DNA of 64,000 nucleotides from Psammoneis japonica (Eukaryota): contig QPGO01000095.1 in assembly GCA_008632985.1 (NCBI GenBank), forward strand, positions 183,681 through 247,680, written 5' to 3'. Position numbers and translations under genes: made by a program. This document shows positions 33,361 to 46,544 of the stretch, in pieces; positions within the stretch are counted from its first letter, which is position 1; every line of letters starts with the position of its first letter. The notes beneath the pieces are model-generated. The model had not been told where the DNA came from and ran no database searches. It saw only the letters and a list, made by a program, of their open reading frames with translations.

Positions 33361-36300
33361 GAGGCCGGCGCGCGGCATCGATCATCGCTCGCTTCCGTTG
33401 AGCCTGATGGTTGAGCGTTGAGCCGATCATGTGATGGGCTGGTCAAATGGCGCTGCTGCTGCTGCTGCTGCTGCCATCCATTACTGTAGGGCCCTATCGG
33501 ATCCCATTCGCAGCTCGAACGTAAGACCAATCTTAGTTACCTGCTTTTAAAATTATTACTCATGATGAACCCCGAAGCGGTTTTGGAGATAGAAGAAGAC
33601 CGACAAGAGGCCGAGATACGCCCGAAGGGTGGGGGAGATGTCTCCAATCGTGCTGCGGCACCACAATCCGAGGAAGACAAGGACGCCCTGATTGCATCAC
33701 TGCTAAAGGAAATTGAAGAACTAAAGGCGAAGAGTGCAGTGCTGGAAGCGAAGAGTGTAGCGTTGGACAAGAAAAGAAGTGTACAAGAGTTGCTGAGAGT
33801 TCACCATGGGATACCCCGCATGGAAAAAAACACAGCGGCGAAACCGTCAGTCGGCAGTGCAAGTATTCCGCGTAGCACCCAAAAGCGCAAGGAACCAGAA
33901 TCAAAACGAAGTGCGGCAGAGGAAGCGTCCAAGAAGATCTCGAAGATTATCATTGACGAAGAAAGTGACAGCGAAGAGCAACAGCAGTTACCCGCAGAAA
34001 TAAAAAAAATGAAGGAAGAGGTAACGGCCTGTCTGAATAAGTTTGAGGTGAATCTCAAAGATCCAGAAGGGGATTTGATCAAGAGTAAGGTCGCTGTCGA
34101 ATTGGCAGAGAACAGCACAAATGAGGAGGCCGAATTGCACCATTTCAATGAAGCAAGCGTTTCCAGACACGTGTCGGATGTCCTACATGATGTGCTGCAA
34201 TGCCTGCAGATGTCCTTGACCACCAAAATCGGCCAAGAAATCTCTCTTTTTTCTATGCGACCGGATATTGTCGTCGTTCGCTGGAAATGTAGAATTATTC
34301 TGGTGATTGAAGTCAAGAATCCCGGCGAGAATGGCAAGGCAGTCGTTTCCAACAGCGTTGCTGCCGGCCAAGCCTACGACTATGCCATGGGATTGCAACA
34401 GATGGGCATCGATCACCCGTTTGTCTGTCTCTCCACCTATGATTACATGCAAATTGGAACCCTGAAAGCTTCCTCTCTCGATATTTTTGACCATGCAACT
34501 GAGCTTCTCGCGAGTGGACCGATTGGAGAGGCTTTTGACTCGACGATCGGCACAGACAAACCGAAAGTCAGCCCCGAGAAGGAGGGAAAACTGACGGAAG
34601 TTCCTGTTGATTACTCCCTGACCGACGTTCGTGACATGGACGCAGACGAGACCTACGGGGACGAATCCGTGACGTCGGAGAAACGCGTCATTTATTTTTC
34701 AGAAATCTTTGAGCGCTCGAACATGTTCCAAGCCCTCTATTTTGCAGTTGCTTGTGGCATTGTGGCAGTTGAACATTCGAAAAACGACAGAAAGGAAAAT
34801 CTCGTGCCCTTAGAAGGTGAACGAGTCACCACACGAACTATCGCTGTCGTTCAGGAAAACTCGCTTAGCTGGGAGAAGCCTAAATGCAGAGCAACCTATC
34901 AGTTGAAGCGCGCATGGCGAACCAATCTTAAGGTGTATTTGCATTGTGTTTTGGGACAAGGCTGCTCTGGAAAAGTTTACCTCGGTTCTGATTCTGCAGG
35001 TCGCATGTTTGCCGTCAAGCTGTATCTTTTTGATGCAGCAATCTTGGAGTCCTTTCGAGCAATTGATAACGAAAAAACCAAAAAGACTCAGAAGCAACGA
35101 GCGGCGAGAGTCCGCGACAGCGAAGCTGAAAAGTGGAAGAATTTTTACCCCTCATACAAGGAAGCGATCTATCAGGGAGAACTTTTTGGCGTGCCATGCT
35201 TGGCCATGCCTTACGTTGCTTCAATCCCTATGAATCGCCGCAAGGTCCTTCTTCCAAAGATTGAGAAGGAGCTGAAAAGACTTTCGAACAAAGGCTTTGC
35301 TTATACCGATCGTGATCTCCGCTGGCGTCACATCGGACTACGAAAGGACCGTGATGATGGAGACGACAAAATCGTGTTGGTCGATTTGGAATCGATGAAA
35401 CCAAGGCGAAAAGACGACGAAGCCCACACCGATCACGTCTATCTCCAGTCGGCCATCAAGGAGTTGAAAGATCGCGCGGAAGAGGAACGCGTCCGCGCTC
35501 CTCAGGAGCTGATTCATGCTTGATTCGGAATGGTTTTTGTTTGACCGCTTCGACGCTGACCCCGCTGCTTGTCGCATCCTGGAGCAGTGAAACCTCTAGC
35601 CGCTGTCCCACAATGCTTCTTTTAGCCTTCGGGTAGTGTTACCCAAAGTTAGAAGAAGCAACCTAGCACTTCAGACCCGCAAAGGTTCCTTTGTCTCACT
35701 CACTATCTCACTTTTCCGTCCAAATGGTGGGACAAATGTTGTCCACGTTCTGACATTGACCATTGCATTCCTCATCGTCGCGTCGCCCTGCATCTGTAGT
35801 TCGGCACAATTGATTCACTTGTCGGACCAATTTCCGCAGTTTCCGACCTTGTTGCTGGACGGACAACCAGCGTAGCGATGAACGGCGGCTTAGACTCTTT
35901 AGACTCGCATCATGAACTCTCAATGGTGCCATCAGCATGCCTGCTAGAGGTAGTGACGATTACAGCAGAGTCTAAATTGTTTAGATGTGCTAGTCTGCAG
36001 TCATAGAGCTCTTGGAATCTCAATGGTCCAACGAAATACATGCTCCATTTCACCTGCAAATGTGTCTTGAGCTCCCCCAGTTTGGACTAAGACTTCTTGT
36101 TCCTAGAAACAGGAAACGCAACACCCAACATTTAGCTCATTCCTGTGTTGAATGTAGGCATCTTGAAAACAAGACCAAAAGATGATAATTCCCCACATTC
36201 GGGCATGGACGTGAAGTCGTTGGCACGTGGCAGCACCCCCCGCGCCACCACTGCCATCTCGGCTGTGGTCCGGAGAGTCTGTGGGGGGTGCTGTCAGGAG

Positions 36301-37490
36301 TGACAAGTGTGCCTGCTTCATTCATTCCTTCAGCAGTGCTCAAAATTCTGTGCAGAGAGCCCCAAGCAAATTGACCTTGGTGTTGGCAATCCTGATCAAA
36401 ATTGGGGGCATGGGTGCCCCACATGTGCAGCCGTCCAGGCAGGCTGTCAATGCTGGGCTGTCCTCCTTCAACGTTGAAAATGATGAAAGACACAATGTCC
36501 AAAAGGGTTTGAAACAGACAAATGTCCTGGCGCCAATGTTGCGCCACTGTGGGATTGGTGATTTAACCAAAAAAGTGACTGTGCTCTGTGTCAGCATGGA
36601 GAAAGGAATGAATGTAAGTGGTTGATGCAGGTGGGTCAACACCCTTTGGTTGCCAGCTGGAGAGAGCAGGAATGCACCATCCACACTCAGCTCTGTTGCT
36701 TCCTCATTTCCAGTGTCACTTTCTTCTTTCAACCTGAGCCGTTTCACATTTTGCAGCTGTGATGCAATGGCATGCACCCTCGCTGGCTCATTCTGCACAC
36801 ATCAAATTCCAGGAGCTCGACAAGGTGGGGGCTTGGAAATGAATTTCATTGTCTCAGAGCCAGGCCAATGCTTCCTTGGCACCATCATCACCAATGAGAT
36901 GACAGCACCCTGCCTCCACAAATGTTGGATCATCCCCAGCTGTTTGCTTGCAAATGTTCAACACATGTGGCTGCAGGCTCCAATGAAGCTGTGCAATCCA
37001 AGCTCAAGTAGAACACCATGGCTGCTCAGAGCTGGAGCTCATTTTTGACAGAGATTGGAAGCTCTCTCCTCTGGTTCCTTGCACTGTCTGTGTGTTGGAT
37101 GCTGCTCATGGATGGCTGCATGGAGACAACAATGATGTGGTGCTTGCAAATGCAGAGGGGGCTGAATGCAAATGTCCAACAATGCACAGTGACGCCAAGG
37201 TCTGCATGGAACAGGCACAGTGATGAAGCTTGTGGATGACTGTCAGACACTGACCACATCACCCACAAGGTGATTGGTCATGAGTGCCAGCTGGAGCCAA
37301 CAAGAGAGAAACAATGAGACAGTTGAACCTCATTGCTGTTTCAATTCTGACCTGCAGCAGTTGTGGTTGAATGATTTGTTTTTTGCAATGAGAGGTCTCG
37401 TCTCTGCTGCTGTGGCTGCACCCAACTCTGTGAACTGCAAGACACCATGTGGGTCCATGCCTGATCCCCTTGCTGGAGACCACCAAGTGC
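33361..37490 (+). repeat. Segmental duplication, copy 2
   Basis: See 26299-30514. Confidence 0.92.
33562..35523 (+). CDS. Coiled-coil + PD-(D/E)xK nuclease + atypical kinase protein, copy 2
   Basis: 653-aa ORF nearly identical to 26614-28569 with the same motifs. Confidence 0.8.
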   Translation: MMNPEAVLEIEEDRQEAEIRPKGGGDVSNRAAAPQSEEDKDALIASLLKEIEELKAKSAVLEAKSVALDKKRSVQELLRVHHGIPRMEKNTAAKPSVGSASIPRSTQKRKEPESKRSAAEEASKKISKIIIDEESDSEEQQQLPAEIKKMKEEVTACLNKFEVNLKDPEGDLIKSKVAVELAENSTNEEAELHHFNEASVSRHVSDVLHDVLQCLQMSLTTKIGQEISLFSMRPDIVVVRWKCRIILVIEVKNPGENGKAVVSNSVAAGQAYDYAMGLQQMGIDHPFVCLSTYDYMQIGTLKASSLDIFDHATELLASGPIGEAFDSTIGTDKPKVSPEKEGKLTEVPVDYSLTDVRDMDADETYGDESVTSEKRVIYFSEIFERSNMFQALYFAVACGIVAVEHSKNDRKENLVPLEGERVTTRTIAVVQENSLSWEKPKCRATYQLKRAWRTNLKVYLHCVLGQGCSGKVYLGSDSAGRMFAVKLYLFDAAILESFRAIDNEKTKKTQKQRAARVRDSEAEKWKNFYPSYKEAIYQGELFGVPCLAMPYVASIPMNRRKVLLPKIEKELKRLSNKGFAYTDRDLRWRHIGLRKDRDDGDDKIVLVDLESMKPRRKDDEAHTDHVYLQSAIKELKDRAEEERVRAPQELIHA

Positions 37491-38489
37491 ATCTGGAACC
37501 TTTTCAGCTGAGAGTGCCAAGGCACCCACCATGCCCCCATGCAATGGGGTGCTCGTTGCCGGCAATGAGATCCTGAAGGTGCTCGTCTGCTCAGTGGGTG
37601 AGCCTGCACCTGTGGTTTGCATGGCCCGCTGCACCATGTGAGGTGCTCTCACACTTGGGCTCACCACGCTGTGGGATGATGGCTTCTGCATGCTTGACTC
37701 CGATGTTGGTCCGGGCAATCAGGTGACAGAGTTGTCATGTGGGGCCTGCCAACCCCTTTGCAAGGACTCAGTCTACACACAAGTCCCCACACTTGATGAC
37801 ATGCAAAACCAGCTTGCTGCTGCTGGTGGTGCAGACTGCCTGGGCCCTTGCACTGATGGTGAAGCTCATGTCGAGGAAGTGCACACCCGGCTCCTCTTGC
37901 TCCAATCCCACCAGCCTGTGCCGTGCTCCTCGCTGTGGCCTGTCAGACTTTTGCACCCCAGCAGTTCTGCACCAATGTCATTCAGCTTGTCATCCCTGAT
38001 GGGTGTGGGGCCGCTTGCACCCCACTCATCAACTGGGCCTGGGTGGCCTGCACCTGCAGTCTGGGCGATGCCGGCGGCAATTCTGAGTGCATCTTGTTGC
38101 AGCACCAACGACTGGCAATCGGCAGAAGGCGTGGCTGTCCTTGATGCACCAATGACATCAATCATCGTGGGAATGGTGCTTTTTCTGGCATGTTTTGTGT
38201 AAAAAACTCGTGTGGTGGTTTTGAGCCAAATCTGCAAGAGCACCCACCGGCACCTGAAGATAGATAGAACACATGTTTCGCCTCCGTCTGTCATGTCTGA
38301 ATGAGGTCACCCCCCGCCGGGTGTGCGAAGTGCGCTCGCGCGGGATGATTCGATAGAGATCGAGTGGCAGTGTTCTACGAAAGCAACGGGGACGTCACTT
38401 ACGCCAAAACACAGTACAAAATGTACGAGCGACGGCAGATTTCTACAAGTGACGCATCACAACATCAACGCTCGCTCATTCAATCAACC

Positions 38490-39573
38490 ATGTCGGCAGA
38501 CGACGGCCAACCCGCCATGCTTGCTGCTGCTGCTGCTGCCAATGATGGCGATCAAGCCGCCGCTGAAGCCGTGGCTGCCGCAGCAGAGCAGCAAGCGACT
38601 GAAAACGATGACAGCGTCAAGGCGAAGAAGCGTAAGGAACGCCTCGAACAGAACCGCATCTCAGGTGAGTCCGACGCGCATATATCGAAGATGACATTCA
38701 TAAGAAACTGTGCCGCACCTCTGGCTGCGGTTTGTGGCTTTAGACGGTGAATTTGCCTTGTGATATGCCCCTTTTTCGCCATATTCTTTAATCTCTGAAT
38801 ATGACTTAATGGTGTGCCCCGCTGTGTCGCCGTATTCTTACATTGATTTCTGCCTCCATTAACAGCTCGTGAGTCCAGAAAGCGAAAGAAAACAATGATC
38901 GAGGAGCTGCAGAGGACGGTGATTACTCTTTCTAGAGAAAACAAGGAACTCAACGAACGAAATGAGGGACTCAGGAGGCAGCTCATGGAGATTGGAACCA
39001 AGGCAAGTGTCTGAGAACGGCTTATGATGGATGCTCGCTCATGGTGTCTCCACTCTCCACTCAATCGCTCATGATGGTTGATGTATGTCTAACTTATTAC
39101 TGTATGTTTGTAAAATACCAATGCAGTATCCAAACGTTGTTCCCATGCAAGCCATCATGGGTGCTCCCGCCGCTCTTGATCCCAACCAAGCTGCTGCAGC
39201 TGCAGCCGTTGCTGCAGGTCAACAACCTGCTGCTGCTCCTCTGACTATGGCTGCCTTTCCTGCTGCCATGTATGCTGCCGCTCAGCAGCAACAGCAGCAG
39301 CAGCAGCAGCAGCAACAACAACAGCCTCAACAGCAGCAGCAGCCTCAACAGCAACAGCAGCCACAACAGCCGCAACAAGTCCAACACCAGCAGTACTTGG
39401 CGACGACTGGTCACACGCAGCCTCAAGTCGAGGCACAGCCTGCTGTCGCGGTGCAGCAGCAGCAGCAGCCTCAGATGCAAGTCATGGTTCAGCAGCAGCA
39501 GCAGCAGCCTGTTGCAACTGCTGAAACGGCACCTGTAGTAACAGAGCAGCCGCAACATGAAGCGAATGTGTAG
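38490..39573 (+). CDS. bZIP transcription factor with Gln-rich C-terminus; exons 38490-38664, 38866-39002, 39127-39573
   Basis: Spliced product KKRKERLEQNRISARESRKRKKTMIEELQRTVITLSRENKELNERNEGLRRQL is a basic region plus leucine zipper. Intron 1 is GT-AG; intron 2 is best read as GC-AG. Start codon uncertain. Confidence 0.88.
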
Positions 39574-40456
39574 AGGGAGCGCGAATGTCTTGGAAAGGAA
39601 GGGAACGGGAACAGCGAAGTGTGGGACATCATTGAGTTTAGTTGTAATGTGAAACGTGTTTTAGGGAACAGTCAAGTATGTCTTTTACAAATACTGTAAG
39701 ACCTGTTTTTACTTTGTTTTCTCGAAAGGCAAGGTCGGAGCTATTCCCAAAAAACAGCTGAAGCTAAACAATGCTGTGTGGCACCTTATCGCGAATCCAT
39801 TCCACTCTGCAAGTACTACATGAAATATTGGACCCGAACCGATCGGCGGCAATGACAGTGTCTATACAGTTCTTATGAAGAAACTCGCGAGTCACATAGT
39901 CCCATGTTTCGCGTTCCTGTACTTGCTTGGCATCCATGTGGGTTTTGTGAAGCAAAGACCAATTTCTCTCTCTCTAGATGTGCCTGCTACGGTATATTCT
40001 CTTATCATGAAAAGATGACGTACGACAGCTTTATTTGCGTTCAGAACAGTACTATACCCGTAGTGTTGCTTTTATGTTATCACCCAAACCGAGTCATGTA
40101 GAAGGATTGAAAACCTACGAGTAAAGAACATTCTCCATGGACTGCTGTGCTCACTCGAGTAGACAACAAGCCCACTCATGCGTCGCGCTGGTACTTTCGG
40201 AGTGCAAGGAATGCTCATACTCTCCTCTTGTGGGAAAAAAGTTGGGCACAAAACAACAAGCCCAAAAAAGATCTCTACTCTAGACATACCGTATATGATA
40301 CGGGTTCTCTGTTTATGCAAGGACGTACTATGTCGATTGTGCATGACAAGAATGTTGAAGGTCGCACGCTATGGTAAATATCTCGACCGAGTCATGAATA
40401 ATGCTTGCAACCTAAATAACTATACCCCACGGGATCCAACCCTACTACTAGATTGC

Positions 40457-41931
40457 TCATGCCTTTCGACGCTCTGGTAGCTTCGGCGTCTTTGGAATGC
40501 TTAGATTTTCCTCTTGTTCCATCCGCTTGATTTCGCCCAAGAGCGCATCCATGAGCTGAATTGGACCGCAAATACCCGGCTTGGCATTGACCGTGTCCTT
40601 GAGGCGCTCCACTACGCTGGCATCCCATCCACCGCTTCCGACAATTTGCTTGATATGCACACTGTGTTGCACCATGGGCAGTCGGGTCCGAGGTGAAGAA
40701 TAATCGTGAGGCCCATGTTGAGGCTGCAAACGATTTCTTGGTACTTGCTACCAAAGCCAAAATCCAAAAGATACGATTTTTGAATGTTGGTCAGGTACTT
40801 GGTGCGCAAAAGTGCAATCTCGTCGACCTTGGCCACGGCCGCATCCATGCGGGCCTGGGTTTCGCGCAGCAAAAAGGCCAAGTCCTCCATGGGACCCATG
40901 TTCTTGGCCATGTCGACCAAATCGTCCGGTTGGGGAATGCGCATTTGAACCACCGCCGTATGGTCATCTTGGTCTTGCTCATTGACACTGGGTGACGACA
41001 CGAGCGTATCGCTCAGAAACTTGGCAGCCGTCACTCGTAAGTCGTCGGAATTGGGCTTGGGAGAAAGCACAATCTGCATCTCGTGCTCTTGACGCAACAC
41101 GAGTACAAGTACCAAACCACCCGATTCGTTCTTGTCGACATTCTTGATTTGAATACCACTAACACCTTCAATCGATACACACATCTCATCATACCAGTCC
41201 CTCATATCCTCCAGTGCAGCCACCTTGGCTTGCAGTTCTGCCGTTTTGGCTTGTAATTCCTCTGTAGATGCTAGGTGTACATCGGTTGTACTCGTGGGAG
41301 ACTCCACTCGCTCGTCAGACACTTGAGCGCCCCGTGCCAGCTGCATTTCATTTACAGAAAGAGCATAGTTTTGGGTCGAGAGTTCGGCTTGCTCTGTTTC
41401 GAGGGTTATGCTGCGCAACTTGGCTTGGAGTTCGTTGCGCTTCTTGGTCAATTCGGCCAGACGTTGTTCCTCCAACACCATTTCCTCCTCGGAAACGTCC
41501 AAGTCGTCATCTTCATCGTTATCATCCTTATCCATAGGAGGAGTCTCCTTTTCCATGTCATCCACCAAGTGCACAAGCCCCTGTCGGCGACTGACGAGAT
41601 GCGCGTATTTGCTCTCTAGAATTTGCATTTGACGATTCATGTCTTGAGTCGTATCCACGAGCTGTTGCGTCGCCTCGTCATGAATGGCTTGTTGGTGTTG
41701 CATATCTTCAGGAGTAAGCTGTTCGGGTAGTTCCAAGGTATTTCCATCGTAAGTTGAAAGGTGTTCGTAAAAGACTTGCTGACACCGTTGTTGAATATAC
41801 GCGTTGCGAGCCTTGTGATAACGCCGTGTCAAGTCCTCGTCCAGTCCTTCCGCATCGTCATTGCGCCTGTACTGACTGGGTAACTCGTATTCCTGGGCCT
41901 TTTCGACACTGGCACGGAAGTTGGAAGCCAT
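40457..41931 (-). CDS. Coiled-coil protein, possibly Zwint/Sos7/Kre28-like kinetochore subunit; 1-bp frameshift near 40677
   Basis: Long coiled coil followed by an alpha/beta region. YHKARNAYIQQRCQQVFYEHL loosely recalls the Sos7 motif. The natural C-terminus (MVQHSVHIKQIVG...RRKA) lies in the adjacent frame. The gene is likely; the family call is tentative. Confidence 0.6.
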
Positions 41932-42731
41932 GGTTATATCTCTTTTTCGTTGAACGTTCAGAGACAATGGCGTTGTTTCGTTGACGTGCGGTCGGTGAGT
42001 CTACGTAGAATTCGTACCTGTTTCTGCGTAGCATTTGAATTTCGTTGTATTCAATTATATTCGGGATCATATACAAAATTTCAGCAGGCTTTTCTCGAGA
42101 GTTTTTTTGGGTCGTCGTCGACTTTGAACTTTGAACTTATTGTAACCTTACTCTACCGTAGATTGAAAATATACTCTATGATAGGGGCCCTAGTCTTTAG
42201 CTAGCTAGTAGAAGTATTATAGGCCTACCGGTACTGTAGATCTTGCTCTTTCAGCCGAAAAGGAGTGACAAATTGACTCTCGGCTGATATGCTTATGAGC
42301 CGTAATAGCGACTGTAAAGTGTCTGACTTGATCTACTGTACCGAACACAAGAGACTAGAAGTAATGAATGACATCGACAAGGCCGCTACACCACCGCAAG
42401 AGACCAACCTATCATAAGGTATCAATCTAGCAAAGTACTAGTAGGCCCTATATGTCAACGGATTAGATTCTACTAATTGTGAACACACAATACATTACAC
42501 ATATATCTTCTACCACATAGTTTAAGGAAAAGTGCGGCAAGCCACCTGAGCCAGTATAAACCCTGCAAAAAGACTACTCCAATGGGACCTTGGCGCCGCA
42601 GATGATTGATTCTTCCTTCTTCTCATGCAACAACGGTTGCGGCATCCTGAGCTTTCCCATTTCAGCAGCCACTGCTCAACACCGCCGACCGCCAGAAACA
42701 CCCCAAAAGGCAGAACTTCATTCATCTCTCG

Positions 42732-42935
42732 TCACTTTTTATTTTCTTGCTGATATTTCCAGTCGTCTTCTTGAATAACCTTGGTGAGGCCTCGCAACTG
42801 ATTTAGGGTTTCTTGAAAGAGCGCCTTTTTGTTTCCCTCGGCACAGCGTTCATGATCGTGGTCGTCCACGATTTGAGCCATGCGTGCCATGCTTTCTTCC
42901 TCTATCTTATTGGTGTTAGTAAAGGATGAACTCAT
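42732..42935 (-). CDS. Small 67-aa helical protein, possibly APC16/Apc9-like
   Basis: Ends LNQLRGLTKVIQEDDWKY, reminiscent of the APC16 C-terminal helix (LVEELEADEWRF); resemblance judged by eye only. Confidence 0.35.
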   Translation of the reverse strand: MSSSFTNTNKIEEESMARMAQIVDDHDHERCAEGNKKALFQETLNQLRGLTKVIQEDDWKYQQENKK

Positions 42936-43611
42936 GTTTTGATTTATTGACAGAACGTGGTTGCTTGTTGCCTATTGTTGTCGCTGTTTTCTTGTTCACT
43001 CCAACAACTTGTGTCTTCTGTGACTGTGGCGACGACGCGACGGATATACGGTAGCCGTCCGTACCGCGCCGGTAGGTATGCATGGGGCGGCTGTACCGGT
43101 ACTTCACTCCTTTCTATGTATTGTAGATTGATAATGGGCGAACTAGAATGAGTAGTAGTCGCTAGTAGTAGCTATCTCTATAGCTAGCTAGAGGTAAAAG
43201 GCAAGCTCTGCTACTCTAGCTCTACTACTAGTAGAAGTAGCTGCTGTAGATAGGCAAGCTACACCATGATGGTGAGAACACGGCGCGCCGTCGGGATGGC
43301 GATTTGAGATTGGCCTCGTCTTATTTTCTCGAGAATTGGCGTGGTTTAGTTTTAGGTATTTGGATCGACTGCCACTTCTTATTTCTGAGCTACTGTAGGA
43401 TATTAGAAGTATTCTATATGCTGAGCGGTTACCTTGAGATAATACTGTACTGGGTATAGGTAGAGAGAGAGCTTTGACAGGGGAGTGTGTAACATATTCA
43501 GATGAGCTGTATAGAAGACGGGCCCATACAAGTTGGAATAGGTGCATTGTGAAGTACAGTGGAGTTGTCATTGCAAAGCATTGCAGGCACTTGTTGGTAT
43601 GAGATGCTTTA

Positions 43612-46032
43612 CTACTCAATCGAAAAAACAGTTCCCGCCATGGTCACGGCCACCTTCAACTTTTCTTCGAGATCATTCTTGGAGTGGTACATCGGAAGAT
43701 CAATTCGATTGAAGCAGGTGCTTCCGATACAAGAAAGAAAGAAACAGCGTTATTCAATGCCCTGTAATAAGTCGCGATTCCAGTCGCAGCTACACACAAG
43801 TCGAACTACTTACTGTGCACGAGGGTAAAGGCAGTCACCCAGGGGGACACCGTGGATCGTAAACTTTCGAATATTCCCATCGACGCCAGGCAAGACACCA
43901 AACCCTCTTGCTGAAACGCCCGACGTCCCGGTAACAAATTGAAGCAGTCGAGCCTTCATTTCATGATCAAAATCTGACACCACCTCCCAGAACCAAATGC
44001 ATGCAGGATGACTGGGATTGTCTTCGTATGCGCCTGAATACTCTGTGTTTGCTTTCCAATCCCTCATGTCGATTTCGGGCATACCGCAAATGAGCAACTC
44101 CAATTCTTGAAAGTCAAAGACGGTCAAAAGTGGCTCCGGAATGACATCAAAGAATCCAAGGAGCAACTCGTTCAGTTGCGGTTTGACTACATCGAGCAAC
44201 TTGTATTTGAGACAAGCTTCCAAGTATTCAGGAAAATTGTCATTGTTCAGTTCAATGTCTGAACCACCCGGAATTAGCTCGATTTCTTCTTTCTTCCCAA
44301 AGACATCTGTAGTGACGGAGAAGGTTTGGTACAATAATGACAAATCCTCGCCATTGGCTACCATTCTTTCAAGCTCTTTGAGGCTGTTGTAATACTCTTC
44401 ATCGACTCTCTCAAGATCTGCAAAGGTGACAGGCCAGCCAAGAAGATGCTTGTACATATGTTGAACCATGTGACCGGAACAAAGCCGGTTATCACCGTCA
44501 AACAGAGCCTTACCCATGACACGACCCAAGAAGCGAAAGTAATCCAAGTGTTCCTCGTAACAAAACGCTGTTGACGCGGGCACGAGGATTCAGTTGTAAG
44601 CACTTGCGCGCAAAGAACAGGAACGAACCAACAACACCTTCGAACGAAGCATACAGAGATGCTCACCTGACGCAGGATTAACTTGCATGGACATTTGATT
44701 GACCGCACTGGATTGCCAAAGGCCCAAGTCGGGATCAAAAATCTTCTTGGTTACTTGGTGAAACCAATCTCTTGCCACACCGCCGGCATCTATACCGATC
44801 TCTCCGATAAAACTAAATCGCCACAACTTACGCAAATCAGTGCGACTCAAACTCATCACAGCATTGATGGAGTCTGCCAACAAACAGTCTCGACGCACGT
44901 TTATTTGCATGTGGCCTTCGTCCCAATCCATGCGCAGCTGATTGCAAGTAGCTTGGAACCACTTGGCCTTTTCCTCGAATGGCTTGCTTTGAGCGGCCGC
45001 AATGTCCTTGTAAGAAACCAATTTTTTGCCGCGTGCATTCTTGATACTGGAGTCTACCACTCCTTCGCTAGCGGCCACCAGGCTAATCCTGCCGGTTCGC
45101 AGAAACGGATCGTGACCACGGCTCAAAAATTCCAGTTTGCGTACATAGGCAGAATTCTTGGTGTTGAATCGATGATTGGTTTCGAATTGTCCTTGACTGT
45201 CCACACGGACCCACTGAAACCTTAAATCGGACAATCGTAATGTACGTGTCCATCCATCCTTGTCATAAGAGAGTCGAGTTTGGGCAACAGCGCTTCTACC
45301 TTTGAAAGAAGACTGCATACGTACTTCCTTTGGTACCTTGAAGCGAATCCGTTGTCCAGGCACCGCATTCATTGGACATGTTACCAGGATCCGGGCACCT
45401 CCAGCCACCAGAGGAAAGGGAGCACCCGGTCTGACCCCTCGAGGAACCTTGACTTCATACAACACCATACCATCATTATTCTGGGGAGCTGGAGTGGGGG
45501 CGGGAGGCGACTCCTCGTCCGGTTTCCGAGTAGGCGGGGGCATGGTGATTCGAACCTGTGTGCCCGCAGAAGCGCCCGAAGGACACGTTACCATTGTAAC
45601 CGTTTTCTGTCCCTGAACCTTGACTGGGAATAGTGCTCCAGGCAAAACACCCTCGGGAATTGTCACCATGTAGGTGTTTCTATCATTGGTCAGGCTACTT
45701 TGGGGGAGGTGAGTAGCCGGAGGTGGATTGGGAATGCAAGGTGATGGCTTGCCGCTGCTGTTGCTCGTCGCAGTCGAGCTCCCTGTGCTGCCGCTATCAA
45801 AACTACCGCCTTCATTATTACTATTCCCTTTTTGTGCTGGCATGGCTGAAAGTCGAAGTGTCTCTCCCGGACTCCAATCCGGTGGACAGCGAACCCGAAG
45901 CGTGAACTCGTCACCGGGATTCACATTGCCGGGCACCGTCACATGTAACACAGTGCCAATTTCAGCGCTATCATCGACGTTGATGTCACTATGTTTCTTG
46001 ATTGGCTTTTTTGGTCTTCTATTGCGGAACAT
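43612..46032 (-). CDS. NEDD4-like HECT E3 ubiquitin ligase; exons 46032-44667, 44567-43814, 43720-43612
   Basis: HECT motifs FIGEIGIDAGGVARDWF, RFLGRVMGKALFD, RLLQFVTGTS. Splicing restores YPRAHTCFNRIDLP with the catalytic Cys. N-terminal VxVPxGVxPG repeats. Confidence 0.92.
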
Positions 46033-46544
46033 GATGATGAGAGACTCTTTCTTCTCTCGAGCTTTTTTCACTTTGTAGTGTTCACATTATGATGACGATG
46101 CGCGTTTCAAAAATTTTGAAACGCGAATCGATTCACAATAATCATTTTTCATTCCGATGAGTCGAGTCGTGGATTGTGGATGACGATTGATTATGAATCC
46201 GCGGATCAAATTATAGAGTCCACTGTTTTGCCATGAATACAGCGGCTTTGGTATGGAGGTGATGGTAAAGATCCCATAGTGTTGTAGATTGTAGATAGTG
46301 TGCACGCACCATTGTCCATTGGCGAATGAAATTGAAAATGAATTATTGTGATGGTGTCGTCCGTCGTCTGCGTGCTGATGACTTCGTCCGTCCATCGCCA
46401 CAGGACTTGGATGACGTCAACCTGACGTATGAGACGTGCCTTGCGTTGAGACGTGCGTGGCCCCCCTGCTCTTTGCCGAAAAAAAGAGGTTTCTTCAGAA
46501 GTCAAGACCTGCCAAGTTGGGAGTGGTGGCGAATGTGTAGTTTC

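Noticed and set aside
39283..39510. CAG/CAA tracts as an independent repeat element
   Set aside because: They encode the poly-Gln region of the bZIP protein.
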